Shown: positions 40,287 through 50,183, counted from the stretch's first letter. The stretch is DNA of 64,000 nt from Geobacteraceae bacterium (GCA_036518435.1 DATDNF010000034.1:12446-76445); one strand, 5' to 3'. Notes: generated by a model not told the origin, from the letters alone. Program-made: numbers and translations.

Positions 40287-41641
40287 GGTTTCGACCTGCC
40301 CCCCCGGCGACCGGTCTTGGGCGCGGGGTGCTCGGCCAGGACCTTCTTACGCCGGGACGCCGCGGCCTTTGCCGCAGCCTGCACCGGCTTTTCACGGGTC
40401 TTCGCGCTCTTTGCCGGAGTATGCGGCGGCAGTTCCGGGGTCTTCCTCGCCCGGCACGGTTGTTTGGACTTCTTGCTCTCCTTCGCCTTGCCCACCCGCT
40501 TGACCGCATACCGCGGAAACTCTGCCAGCGTCCGGCGCGGGATGGCATACGTGAGCAGCTTTTCAATCGCGGCGAGCAGCGGCTCCTCTTCGGGGCTCAC
40601 CAGCGACAGGGCAACTCCGTCCTCCCCAGCCCGGCCGGTGCGGCCGATCCGGTGCACGTAGTCTTCGGGAACCTGGGGGAGGTCGTAATTCACCACGTGG
40701 GGGAGGCGCTCGATGTCGAGCCCGCGCGCCGCCACGTCGGTCGCCACCAGCACGCGGAACTCGCCCCGCTTGAACTCCGCCAGGGTTCGCGTCCGGATCG
40801 ACTGGCTCTTGTTGCTGTGGATGGCGGCGGCCTTGATCCCGTCGGCGAGCAGTTCCTCGGTCAGCTTGTCGGCGCCGTAGCGGGTGCGGGCGAAGACCAG
40901 CGCCTGGTTCCAACTCCCCGTGCGGATCAGGAACGAGAGCATTTCCCTCTTGCGGCTCCGCTCCACCTCGTAGACCGCCTGGGCCACCGCGTCGGCGGCG
41001 ATGTTGCGGCGCGCCACCTCGATCCGTCGCGGCTGATCGAGCAGCTCGTCGGCAAGCTGCTTGATTTCCTTCGAATAGGTCGCCGAAAAGAGGAGGGTCT
41101 GGCGCTTCGCCGGCAGGTACTCCGCCACCCGGTGGATATCGTCGATGAACCCCAGGTCGAGCATGCGGTCGGCCTCGTCCAGCACCAGGAACTTGATCCG
41201 GGAAAGGTTCACGGTGCCCCGTTCCGCGTGATCGAGGAGCCTGCCCGGCGTTGCGACCACGATGTCGACGCCGCGGTGCAGCCGCTCGATCTGCGCCTGG
41301 ATGGTCACCCCGCCGTAGATCATCGTCGAGCGCAGCGACAGGCGCCGGGCATAGTTGTTCATCTGTTCGCTCACCTGGGCCGCCAGCTCGCGGGTCGGCA
41401 CCAGGACCAGCGCGCGCGGCTTGCGGCGTTTCTCTGCGGGGATGTTCTCGCCCAGCAGTTGCACGATCGGCAGGGCAAACGCCGCGGTCTTGCCGGTGCC
41501 GGTCTGGGCGCCCGCAAGGAGGTCGCACCCCTCGAAAACAACCGGGATCGCCTCGGTCTGGATGGGGGTCGGCGTGGTATAGCCCTGGGCGGCGATCGCA
41601 CTCAGCAGTTCGGGCCGCAGGCCAAGTGATTCAAAAGACAT
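40283..41641 (-). CDS. DEAD-box ATP-dependent RNA helicase (RhlE-like)
   Basis: Q motif, [15 protein letters not shown] and HRIGRTGR motifs. Confidence 0.9.
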   Translation of the reverse strand: MSFESLGLRPELLSAIAAQGYTTPTPIQTEAIPVVFEGCDLLAGAQTGTGKTAAFALPIVQLLGENIPAEKRRKPRALVLVPTRELAAQVSEQMNNYARRLSLRSTMIYGGVTIQAQIERLHRGVDIVVATPGRLLDHAERGTVNLSRIKFLVLDEADRMLDLGFIDDIHRVAEYLPAKRQTLLFSATYSKEIKQLADELLDQPRRIEVARRNIAADAVAQAVYEVERSRKREMLSFLIRTGSWNQALVFARTRYGADKLTEELLADGIKAAAIHSNKSQSIRTRTLAEFKRGEFRVLVATDVAARGLDIERLPHVVNYDLPQVPEDYVHRIGRTGRAGEDGVALSLVSPEEEPLLAAIEKLLTYAIPRRTLAEFPRYAVKRVGKAKESKKSKQPCRARKTPELPPHTPAKSAKTREKPVQAAAKAAASRRKKVLAEHPAPKTGRRGGRSKP

Positions 41642-41760
41642 TCATCGAGCTCCTTGTGGGGGAATTCATATACCCTACCCCAGGCGGAGGTTTTCGTCCA
41701 GCTTTCTGTGCTCAGGCATGCGTGGCGGGCTGTTGCGGGGATTTTGCTCCGGGTCCGGCA

Positions 41761-42009
41761 TTACGGTTTCCAGGGAGGCACCTCCAGAAGCGGCTTCAGA
41801 AATCGTTCGAAGGTGGCCAGTTGTTTGGCGGACAGCAGATCGATGTCCCCTTCGTTATCGAGCAAGAAGGTGCCGACGCCGATGACGGTCTTTGCCAGGT
41901 AACCCGTCCCGGCGACGCTCTGTTCAATCTCATCCCTTCGTTTGCTTATCAGGTTGCGCAGTTGGTGCAGATCAAGTTCCATGGCTTGACTCCTTTTATT
42001 TTGCATCAC
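41761..42009 (-). CDS. Hypothetical small protein
   Basis: ORF only. No recognisable motif. Confidence 0.25.
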   Translation of the reverse strand: MMQNKRSQAMELDLHQLRNLISKRRDEIEQSVAGTGYLAKTVIGVGTFLLDNEGDIDLLSAKQLATFERFLKPLLEVPPWKP

Positions 42010-42024
42010 GTATGGGCCAGTAAT

Positions 42025-43455
42025 TCAACAGAGAAGCAGCTGGCCGTCGGCATCGGCCTCGTATTCAACTGCCTCCCCGACTCGAACCGGTGCCGGCCCG
42101 GCAGGGGCGGCCGCTTTCGGGATGGCGTTCTCTTTCTTTTCAAGTTCCCCGGCTTGTTGTAGCGCCCGCATCCCCGCCTCTGCGGCCCGCTTCGCCAGCC
42201 GGTCGCAGCGTTCGTTGAAGGGATGGCCGTCATGGCCGCGCACCCATTCCCAGACGACCTCATGCTTGGCGGACAGGGCGGCCAGCCGCTGCCAGAGGTC
42301 CTGATTCTTCAGGGCGTCCGGCTCCTCCAGTCGACCGGTGCGCTTCCAGGCCTGAAGCCATTCGCTCATCCCCCGGACCAGGTACTGCGAATCGCTGAAG
42401 ACGCGCACCCTTTTGGGCTTTTGCAACGCTTCCAGCCCCCTGATCGCCGCGGTCAGCTCCATCCGCTGCGAGGTGGCGGCGGGCTCGAAACCGCTCAACT
42501 CCTTCTCCAATTCCCCGTAGCGCAGGATCACCCCATACCCTCCCGGCCCGGAGTCTCTCCCCGAGCCGTCGCAGTAGATCTCCACCACGCCGGGGGGCGG
42601 CGGGGTGAAGGCGAGCTCCAGGGCCGCAAATTCCAGCTCCCGCAACAGCGGCATCAGCTCCGGGAGGTTCGGCGTCCGGCGCTCCAGTTCGGCCAGGGAG
42701 AGGTCCAGGGGGACGTCGTAGCGGACGGTGGCCAGGGTCTTCGAGAGCCGGGCCTGGTCGGCATGGACGCGCAGGTTTTCCCGGCGCTGCTTGCCGTTCA
42801 CCAGGCTTCGCCACTCGAGCACCCCTTCCAGGGAACCGAACCGCCGGACCAGCTCGCTGGCGGTCTTCTCGCCGATCCCGGGGACTCCCGGGATGTTGTC
42901 CGCGGCATCGCCGGCGAGCCCCAGCACGTCCGGCACCAGCTCCGGCGGGACGCCGAAGCGGTCGAGGACCTCCTGCCGGCCGGACCTTAGCTCTTTCATG
43001 GTGTCCAAGAGGTTGATGCGATCGCCGACAATCTGCAGCAGGTCCTTGTCGCCGGTGACGACCGTGACCTCGATGCCTTCCGCGGCAGAGCGGCGCGCCA
43101 GGGTGGCGATGACATCGTCCGCCTCGAACCCGGTCGCTTCCAGGGCCGGGATATTGAGGGCCTGCAGGACTTTCCTTATGTACGGCAGCTGGGGGACGAG
43201 ATCCGCGGGCATGGCGTCCCGGTGCGCCTTGTAGGGGGGGTAGATCTCCCGGCGAAAGGTCTCTTCCCGGGGAGGGTCGAAGACGACGGCGAGGTAGTCG
43301 GGGCGGTTCTCCTGCAGGAGGCCCAGCAGCATTCGGGTGAAACCGAAGACGGCATTGGTCGGCATGCCGCCGGCGGTGGCAAGGTCCCGGACGCCATAAT
43401 AGGCGCGGTATATATAGCTGGATCCGTCCAGCAGATAGAGCTGCGCTGCGTTCAC
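42025..43455 (-). CDS. 5'-3' exonuclease (Pol I-type FEN domain) fused to RNase HI
   Basis: N-terminus LYLLDGSSYIYRAYYG…TGDKDLLQ… is the Pol I 5'-nuclease. C-terminus …YCDGS…GGYGVIL…RMELTAAI…FSDSQYLV…WEWVRGHDGHPFNERCDRLAK is a near-canonical RNase HI. GTG start with a GGGGAGAGA ribosome-binding site. Confidence 0.8.
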   Translation of the reverse strand: MNAAQLYLLDGSSYIYRAYYGVRDLATAGGMPTNAVFGFTRMLLGLLQENRPDYLAVVFDPPREETFRREIYPPYKAHRDAMPADLVPQLPYIRKVLQALNIPALEATGFEADDVIATLARRSAAEGIEVTVVTGDKDLLQIVGDRINLLDTMKELRSGRQEVLDRFGVPPELVPDVLGLAGDAADNIPGVPGIGEKTASELVRRFGSLEGVLEWRSLVNGKQRRENLRVHADQARLSKTLATVRYDVPLDLSLAELERRTPNLPELMPLLRELEFAALELAFTPPPPGVVEIYCDGSGRDSGPGGYGVILRYGELEKELSGFEPAATSQRMELTAAIRGLEALQKPKRVRVFSDSQYLVRGMSEWLQAWKRTGRLEEPDALKNQDLWQRLAALSAKHEVVWEWVRGHDGHPFNERCDRLAKRAAEAGMRALQQAGELEKKENAIPKAAAPAGPAPVRVGEAVEYEADADGQLLLC

Positions 43456-43634
43456 ATTCTCTCCCCACTCGGGTAGTTCCCGGCGAATTCCACCCACTGC
43501 CGGGCGGGGTTAGCATCGCACATCCCGGTGATTAAGCGCAATCTTTTTACGCAGGGCACCGGAAACGGCAAAGGCGGCCGAGTGGCCGCCTTGAGATGTA
43601 AGCGAGATGGTCCAGTTGTGCTCCTTGGAGTTGG

Positions 43635-43976
43635 TTATTTTTTCAAAGATTTGATGTACGCCACCAGATCTTTCATCTCTGCCGATTTCGGGTCTATCGC
43701 CTTCCCCTTGTTGGCCAGAATGATGCACACGTTGCTCGCATCCTCAAGGGACAGCCAGGTGCCGCCCGGATTCGTCCACTCCTTTTTGCCCCTCATGCCC
43801 GCTTTTTCCAGCCCCTTGCCATCGGGGTGGCATGAACTGCACGAAACGTTTCCGCCGGCAAACGTCGCATCATCGAAAAGCATTTTCCCTTTTTTTGCGT
43901 TTCCTGCAGCGAATGCCGAAGTGCTGAGGACAAGCGCCATACCGATCACTACTGCCGTTGTTTCGAAAATTCGCAT
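43635..43976 (-). CDS. Small periplasmic c-type cytochrome
   Basis: Signal peptide. Single CSSCH heme-binding motif. AGGAGG ribosome-binding site. Confidence 0.7.
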   Translation of the reverse strand: MRIFETTAVVIGMALVLSTSAFAAGNAKKGKMLFDDATFAGGNVSCSSCHPDGKGLEKAGMRGKKEWTNPGGTWLSLEDASNVCIILANKGKAIDPKSAEMKDLVAYIKSLKK

Positions 43977-44294
43977 CCTGGTATACCTCCTTCGCCGTTG
44001 AAATAGAGTGCTTTTTAATTTTAGCGGCCGGTTCCGGGCTGTCAATCCGCCCAGGTGAAAAATAACCCCTTCCATCTCTTTGAGGGGGAGGGAATCGGCA
44101 AGGATATGCGGGACAGGCACCGCAAATGGGGTGCGGATGGGAGGATTTGAGCCGAAAGGATGCGCCCGGTCTGCCGCTTCCCACACATAAGCAGCGTTAA
44201 ATCAGTATGTTGCACGAATTTAACTATTCGGCACGGAATCTGCTCTATGAACATCAAGAGTCACACCATCAACCTTCAAAAAGAGAGGTATCCC

Positions 44295-44522
44295 ATGAAA
44301 AAGATTCTTTCCGCCATCGTATCCGCCCTTGTTGCCGTTTCCTTCGCTGGCGTCGTCTTCGCAGCCGAGCCTGTTGCTGCTCCCGCAGCTGAGCCTGCCG
44401 CATTGCCCGCCGGCCACCCCGCAGTGAAGAAGCATGTCAAGAAGCACAAGAAAGTCAAAAAAGCCGTGAAAAAAGAAGAGGCAAAGCCTGCTGAAGCCCC
44501 TGCAGCTCCCGCAGCCAAGTAA
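44295..44522 (+). CDS. Small secreted Lys/Ala/Pro-rich protein
   Basis: Signal peptide plus KKHVKKHKKVKKAVKKEE. Confidence 0.4.
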   Translation: MKKILSAIVSALVAVSFAGVVFAAEPVAAPAAEPAALPAGHPAVKKHVKKHKKVKKAVKKEEAKPAEAPAAPAAK

Positions 44523-44727
44523 ATCCGCCTTACTCAGGTAAAAAAGCCGCATCCAAAAAGATGCGGCTTTTTTTATTCCATCACATATGTGATCGGTCAT
44601 TCTCCGGGGCAACAATTATGCTGTTTTTTGACCTGCATCATTATGCGCTCTCCTGATCCGGTGTATCCTCTGACGGTATGATCGAATCGGCGCACGTCAC
44701 GGCCGCCATACCGAAGGAGAGAGAACG

Positions 44728-45009
44728 ATGGGGAATTGTGGATGCGGCCACGCCGCCGGCGCGGGGCCATTTGCCGAAGGCAGGAATCTGGTGGAGTTTG
44801 TTGCACGTGCCCATGGAGGGACCCTCAAGAGCGAACCGCTGCCCGAAGGGGGGCTGCAGACGACATGTCAGGGGTGTGGAGCGGCCTTCACGCTGGCCAC
44901 CTTTGTGGGCAGCTGTCCGGCGTGTGGCGGAGTTCATGCCGTTTCACCGCCGCGCGCCGGCGATCCGGCGAATATTCAGTTTGCAGGTGTCGGCTATCGG
45001 CTGCCGTAG
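44728..45009 (+). CDS. Cys-rich small protein, putative zinc ribbon
   Basis: CGC…CQGC…CPAC. Confidence 0.3.
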   Translation: MGNCGCGHAAGAGPFAEGRNLVEFVARAHGGTLKSEPLPEGGLQTTCQGCGAAFTLATFVGSCPACGGVHAVSPPRAGDPANIQFAGVGYRLP

Positions 45010-45303
45010 CAGCACGGACAGCATGATCGGGCGATGCCGAAACAGCGGCGGTTTTCAGGGGGCGGGCATGATCACAACCAGCGAATATGCGGCTATCGTC
45101 ACCATCTGGGCATTGACCCTTGCCGGGGTCTTCTTCGGCGGCCGTGCCGCCTGGCGTCGCAGAAGGCATAGACGTGCGGATGGGGATCAATAGGGAAAGG
45201 CGGCCTGCCTGAAGGAGATTGCGGCGAGTCCGTAAAGGATTATAATGATCTTGAAGGGCAGGCATCATTCCTGTTCACACCGGTATCAAATGGAGGCGCT
45301 ACC

Positions 45304-45693
45304 ATGAAACCATTCATGTCGAACTACAGTGCTCATTGTTACGCGCTGATGCGGATCGTTGCCGGGTTCCTGTTCCTGTGGCACGGCTCCCAGAAGCTGT
45401 TCGCGTTCCCGGCCGGCATGCCGGCAGGGGTCCCTCCGTTCATTATCTATGGCGCCGGTCCGATCGAGCTGATTTGCGGCATCCTGGTGATGATCGGGCT
45501 GTTCACGCACTGGGCGGCCTTCATATCCAGCGGCGAAATGGCCGTCGCTTACTGGATGGCGCACGGACCCAAGGCGCTGCTGCCGATCCAGAACCAGGGG
45601 GAACTGGCCGTGATCTACTGCTTCGTCTTTCTGTTCATCGCATCGCAGGGGGGCGGGATCTGGAGCGTCGATGCCGCCCGGAAGCGACAGTAG
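45304..45693 (+). CDS. DoxX-family membrane protein
   Basis: 129 aa, 4 transmembrane segments, typical DoxX size and pattern. GGAGG ribosome-binding site. Confidence 0.65.
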   Translation: MKPFMSNYSAHCYALMRIVAGFLFLWHGSQKLFAFPAGMPAGVPPFIIYGAGPIELICGILVMIGLFTHWAAFISSGEMAVAYWMAHGPKALLPIQNQGELAVIYCFVFLFIASQGGGIWSVDAARKRQ

Positions 45694-45757
45694 TCGCACT
45701 GGACAATGACCGGGGCTGGGGGGCACGGTGTCGTCTGTTTATGCAAGAGGAAGAAAA

Positions 45758-46177
45758 ATGACCCCTCTGGAGAAAGTCTTACGGAACCAGCCCTATCCCT
45801 GCTTCAGGCTGGTCCGCGTTCCCGACGCCCTGAACGATCGGCTGGAGAAGGGGATGCTGTGCCTCTACAACATCGACAAGAAGATCTTCGATTTTCCGCT
45901 CGTTGGCCAAATCGGACCAGCTGAAGAACTGTTCGCCTATCTGGACTTTGTAGGGTACTACTCGCTCGAAGACTTTCGCGACCTGGTGCTTGCCGGCAAG
46001 CTCCCTATCAACTGCCCTTCCTGTAAAGGACCGGTCGAGGATGCCGGGATGGTCTCCTTCGAACTGGAAGAAACGGGCACGGCACAACTCGATTGTGCTG
46101 CCGGCGATGCGGAAATGTATGTTTGTGAATTTTGCGGCAGGCCCTTTGCGCTGATGGCGGCGGCAGATAAGGGGTGA
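45758..46177 (+). CDS. Hypothetical protein with C-terminal CxxC…CxxC zinc ribbon
   Basis: AGAGGAAGAAAA ribosome-binding site. CPSCKG…CEFCGRPF. Confidence 0.35.
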   Translation: MTPLEKVLRNQPYPCFRLVRVPDALNDRLEKGMLCLYNIDKKIFDFPLVGQIGPAEELFAYLDFVGYYSLEDFRDLVLAGKLPINCPSCKGPVEDAGMVSFELEETGTAQLDCAAGDAEMYVCEFCGRPFALMAAADKG

Positions 46178-46249
46178 GGTAAGTTCGCACTAGTACGGCC
46201 GAAAATCAACAAATCAACTGTCCCCTTAGCCCCCACAAGAGGCGCTAAC

Positions 46250-46999
46250 ATGGCAAAATCGGCAATAGAGTGGACCGGATCGACGTGGAATCCGGTCACC
46301 GGCTGCATCAAGATAAGTCCAGGCTGCAAGCATTGCTATGCCGAACGGATGGCGAGGCGCCTGCAGGCGATGGGACAGAAGAATTACCTCACAGGCTTCG
46401 AGCTGGCTTTGCATCCCCATGCACTGGAACTTCCCCTTACCTGGAAGAAACCGCAGACCATCTTTGTGAACTCCATGAGCGATCTTTTTCTGGATGACGT
46501 GCCGACAGAATTCATCCGGAAGGTCTTTGACGTGATGCGTCGGGCGCACTGGCACACCTTCCAGATCCTGACAAAGCGGTCGGAACGGCTTGCCGGACTC
46601 AGCTCGGAACTGCCATGGGCAAAGAATATCTGGATGGGAGTCAGCGTGGAGAGCAATGACTACACGTACCGCGTCGATCACTTGCGGACGACAGGAGCTT
46701 TCGTGAAGTTCCTCTCCATGGAGCCGCTGCTTGGGCCGACTCCTGACCTCAATCTCCAAGGCATCGACTGGGTGATCGTGGGGGGCGAGTCCGGGCCCGG
46801 AGCTCGGCCGATGAAAGAGGAGTGGGTTGTCGGGATAAAGGAAAAATGTCTGCAGGCGAATGTCCCGTTCTTTTTCAAGCAGTGGGGCGGGGTTCGTAAG
46901 AAGAAGGCGGGCAGGGAGCTACAGGGGAGGACGTGGGACCAGATGCCGAGAGTACTGCAACATCAGAGGCGGGTTCAGGCGGCTTTGTCAATTGCGTAG
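46250..46999 (+). CDS. DUF5131 / phage Gp37-Gp68 family three-Cys-motif protein
   Basis: N-terminus [32 protein letters not shown] is the hallmark of this family. Confidence 0.7.
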   Translation: MAKSAIEWTGSTWNPVTGCIKISPGCKHCYAERMARRLQAMGQKNYLTGFELALHPHALELPLTWKKPQTIFVNSMSDLFLDDVPTEFIRKVFDVMRRAHWHTFQILTKRSERLAGLSSELPWAKNIWMGVSVESNDYTYRVDHLRTTGAFVKFLSMEPLLGPTPDLNLQGIDWVIVGGESGPGARPMKEEWVVGIKEKCLQANVPFFFKQWGGVRKKKAGRELQGRTWDQMPRVLQHQRRVQAALSIA

Positions 47000-47204
47000 T
47001 CCCTTCAGCTTTCTTTTATTTCCATTTTCGTGTGACACCGGAAAGTGCAAAGGCGGCCGATTGGCCGCCTTTTGAATTACAGTATGGAGATGTCTGGAAT
47101 CATGGAGGGATAAATAGGGAAGTGTCCCGCTTTTTCCTCGCGCTTTTTCCTCGGAATTTTGGATTTTGTCAATTGCGTAGGTCTGACCCTTCAGCTTTCT
47201 TGCT
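46983..47204. repeat. Imperfect ~32-bp direct repeat (ttgtcaattgcgtag…cttcagctttctt) at 46983-47016 and 47168-47204, flanking a 150-bp segment that carries a terminator
   Basis: Seen directly. The first copy includes the last codons and stop of the DUF5131 gene. Confidence 0.6.
47053..47076 (+). terminator. Rho-independent terminator after the DUF5131 gene
   Basis: GGCGGCC-GATT-GGCCGCC followed by TTTTG. Confidence 0.6.
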
Positions 47205-47260
47205 TATTGGATGATCATCAAAAACGAAGATAGTGATGGCATAAATTAACAACTGAATAC

Positions 47261-48283
47261 TCATGGCAATTGCACATGTTCATAGCGCAATTTCGTCACT
47301 TCATGTTGGGTCAGAGCCTCAGCGATTACTTTTGAATCATCGAAAAGTGCAACATTAGAGCCGTTACTGATTGAGCTCTTGAAAACGACACCGTCATAAC
47401 CACAATTCTTTATGAACTCACACAGATATTGCGTCGGAAGATACTCCAGATCGGCTACACGCGGGAGGATAGGCTTCGAAAGTTCGCTTTCGAGATGACA
47501 AAGAAATGCAAGATCAAGTCTCAGCGTAGACAACTCCCTTTCGTCTACCTCAAAGGGAGAGATTGTTTTGCGTGGGTGCATCAAATTCAAGAGTCGAAGA
47601 GGTGCTGTCACCCTAAATTGTGCGACGGACAACAAATCGCCCGGATGGGGTCGGGTTTCAGCAATGGCCGTTTCGACGGTTGATGCGGCATACAAATAGG
47701 GAATACCAACAGGGTTGGCTCGGCCATTCTTGGCATATGCTGCGGGAGGGCGGCCCATTTTATCCAAAGGTATAGCTGAATTGTCAGGCTGAATCCTTGC
47801 TCGATAAACTTTATTGGCAAACTCAGATGCATCAGTTTCCAGGTAGGAATCAAACAGGGCTTTAAGGCGATCAAGATCCAGTTCGTGCCGAAAGAAAAAC
47901 CGATTCTTCCACATTATCTCGTCACGGAATGATGTCCATTTTTCGACTGCGGCCAAGGCCGGAATATTCAGGGGAAGATGGTTCTTGCGAACTATCTCGC
48001 CGTCGTTAAGGATCTCGCCCAAAAGTGCCTGAGCTCTAATAGAATCAATAGAGGTAAAAATCTGCCAGTCGCCGTGAAACCACGCCACTAACAATTTTGC
48101 ATCTGCACTGTGATCTTCGGTATAAATCGAGCAAACCGACTGAAAGTGGTCAAGAAGCTCTATCGGAGCGACTAGTGGAGTATTGGTGGCATCACAAAAA
48201 TTGCATGAACCTGTCTGCTTTGAAATTTTTGGAATGTGATTATCAAGGAATGAATCCCCGAAACAGTTGGCGCAGCAAAACAT
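47261..48283 (-). CDS. RES-domain protein (putative NAD+-targeting toxin or effector) with a Cys-rich N-terminal domain
   Basis: GRANPVGIPYLYAASTVETAIAETR matches the RES consensus (R-x-N-P-G…LY-A-S…E-T-A…E). N-terminus CCANCF…SCNFC. AAGGAGG ribosome-binding site lies inside the upstream gene's end. Low GC. Confidence 0.65.
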   Translation of the reverse strand: MFCCANCFGDSFLDNHIPKISKQTGSCNFCDATNTPLVAPIELLDHFQSVCSIYTEDHSADAKLLVAWFHGDWQIFTSIDSIRAQALLGEILNDGEIVRKNHLPLNIPALAAVEKWTSFRDEIMWKNRFFFRHELDLDRLKALFDSYLETDASEFANKVYRARIQPDNSAIPLDKMGRPPAAYAKNGRANPVGIPYLYAASTVETAIAETRPHPGDLLSVAQFRVTAPLRLLNLMHPRKTISPFEVDERELSTLRLDLAFLCHLESELSKPILPRVADLEYLPTQYLCEFIKNCGYDGVVFKSSISNGSNVALFDDSKVIAEALTQHEVTKLRYEHVQLP

Positions 48284-48285
48284 TC

Positions 48286-49233
48286 CTATGCCTCCTTAAT
48301 CAGGAGATGCGCCATCAGTTCGATATGATGCTGCATGGAGAGTTTTTTCACATATCCTAAACCAGGGAAATGCTTGTCTCCAAAAAGCTGTAAATACTCC
48401 TCAACGGCTGTTGTTTGGAAGATTGGCGAATCATCTTCTAGTACATCATCTGCAAGCTTTGCGAGCGCTTCCAGGAATTTCCCAGCCGGGTCTTTCGGGG
48501 TGTCAACCTGATCGGACACATAATGCTTTATTGCAATAGCGTTGTCGGCATCTGGGGCAGCATAGGTGAGATGTATCGCAATAGCATAGGCTGGTCCGCC
48601 CCCTTCTCTGTAATCTCCACCGACAATTAGAAAGTCCCCAAAGGCATCGCAGCCCATATCTGAGTAAGTGAGGTAAAGCTCTGAAAATGGTTCAGATGGC
48701 GGATACTCCCTGTTGTTGCGACTTACAAATCCGTCTTCCACCAGGACACGTGTTACCCCTTTAAAGTGTTTGCGATAGAGGGTTGTACTGTGCTGACCAA
48801 CAAAAATATGCTCGGTGATTTCAGGATTCACCTCACCAATAACGGTCGCAAGCCCTTTGCCATCGGAAAATCCACCATGGACGACAGCAATGGGAACGTT
48901 GTGCTCGTAGAAAAAGTCCTTGGCTGTTTCCAATGAATCATTTGCTGTCAGACTGAGGCCTGCTGAACATTTATTGTAATCCTGCAGTGGGCCATTAAAT
49001 ATTTCCTCCCAAAGTGAAGAGCTATCCTCCTTCAACTCTCCCACACTGGGATTGGCAATAAGAATAAAGCGGCATTCGCTTTCAATAAGCTTATCCAGAG
49101 CACGTTTCAACGCAGGGAAGTTCCCTTTGACCGGCTCGATAATTGGCACAAAACCCCAAGCGGCAATCTTGGGGGCCATTTCTCGAAGCATTACCAGTTC
49201 AAACTGTTTACCGCGGATAAATGGATAGTACAT
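48286..49233 (-). CDS. Uncharacterised 'beta protein' / sce7725-like family protein (tentative)
   Basis: 315 aa. N-terminus MYYPFIRGKQFELVMLREM. Middle gene of the coupled operon. GGAAGAGGAGA ribosome-binding site. Family assignment is from memory only. Confidence 0.45.
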   Translation of the reverse strand: MYYPFIRGKQFELVMLREMAPKIAAWGFVPIIEPVKGNFPALKRALDKLIESECRFILIANPSVGELKEDSSSLWEEIFNGPLQDYNKCSAGLSLTANDSLETAKDFFYEHNVPIAVVHGGFSDGKGLATVIGEVNPEITEHIFVGQHSTTLYRKHFKGVTRVLVEDGFVSRNNREYPPSEPFSELYLTYSDMGCDAFGDFLIVGGDYREGGGPAYAIAIHLTYAAPDADNAIAIKHYVSDQVDTPKDPAGKFLEALAKLADDVLEDDSPIFQTTAVEEYLQLFGDKHFPGLGYVKKLSMQHHIELMAHLLIKEA

Positions 49234-49256
49234 ACAGTCTCCTCTTCCTGATGAAA

Positions 49257-50183
49257 CTATGCAAATGCCGAGGTGATGTCCTTATGAAGCAGGCTTACAA
49301 ATCGGATGCGTTCTTCACGGGTCAGCCGAATTGACAGCGAGGCAGCTTTCAGGCTGCTAGGGACATCGAGAACAAAATCAGCTACCCGACGCGTGTCGCG
49401 GCGGTGCTTCAATGCCTCGACCATAGCATCATGAGCCGCTTCGGGAGCAAGTCTCTCGAAATATTTCTTTGCCTCACTGTAAATCTGGGTGTTCGGGAGA
49501 TGCGACAATGCTACTCCAAACGCCTCTTTGATAATCTTCAAATATTCCCGACGCTGCAACGAGTTGAAGATGATCACTGGATCGACATTAACTTTATTGC
49601 TGACTGCTTCCCGAAAAGGTTTTTTCCGAAACTGGTATGCGCCATCTGCAAGCACCATGATGCCAACTTCTGCCGGCACCCGATCCGCAACCGATTTATA
49701 GAGACGTTCGGTAGTGATGACAGTTATAAAATCAAACATCTTATGATATGCCGCCAGTTGCCGGTCAAGCCGCTCGAAGCTGTCCATTTCAGATTTGATT
49801 TCGTAGACATGGGAAGTTCCGTTCAGCACAACCGCATCAGCTTTGCAATCGTCGACACGAAACTCCGTAAGCATGAATGCAGTATTTAGGTTGTGTTTTC
49901 CCAGAAGAATCTTTTCTGCGATGGCATTTTTGTAGATGTATTCATGGCGGTATTCACGGATTAGAAGCTTGAATATAGAATCATAGAATTCGCCAACCGA
50001 TATACCTGCACCAAACTGCTCGAAGAGATGATACTGGTGAGACAATCGGCGGGCTATGGCAGAATGGCCAGTACGCGCCAGTTCGCGCAGGACACTGGAG
50101 GAAAAAAAACGAGCTAGTACGGAGCCATCAATTGGCTTCGACTTATGTTCAAATTTAATATTTATGTGATTTTTTTTGTACAT
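49257..50183 (-). CDS. PD-(D/E)xK nuclease-like protein (sce7726-like family, tentative)
   Basis: 308 aa. …CKADAVVLNGTSHVYEIKSEMD gives the D…E-x-K restriction-endonuclease-like motif. First gene of the operon. Low GC. Confidence 0.45.
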   Translation of the reverse strand: MYKKNHINIKFEHKSKPIDGSVLARFFSSSVLRELARTGHSAIARRLSHQYHLFEQFGAGISVGEFYDSIFKLLIREYRHEYIYKNAIAEKILLGKHNLNTAFMLTEFRVDDCKADAVVLNGTSHVYEIKSEMDSFERLDRQLAAYHKMFDFITVITTERLYKSVADRVPAEVGIMVLADGAYQFRKKPFREAVSNKVNVDPVIIFNSLQRREYLKIIKEAFGVALSHLPNTQIYSEAKKYFERLAPEAAHDAMVEALKHRRDTRRVADFVLDVPSSLKAASLSIRLTREERIRFVSLLHKDITSAFA

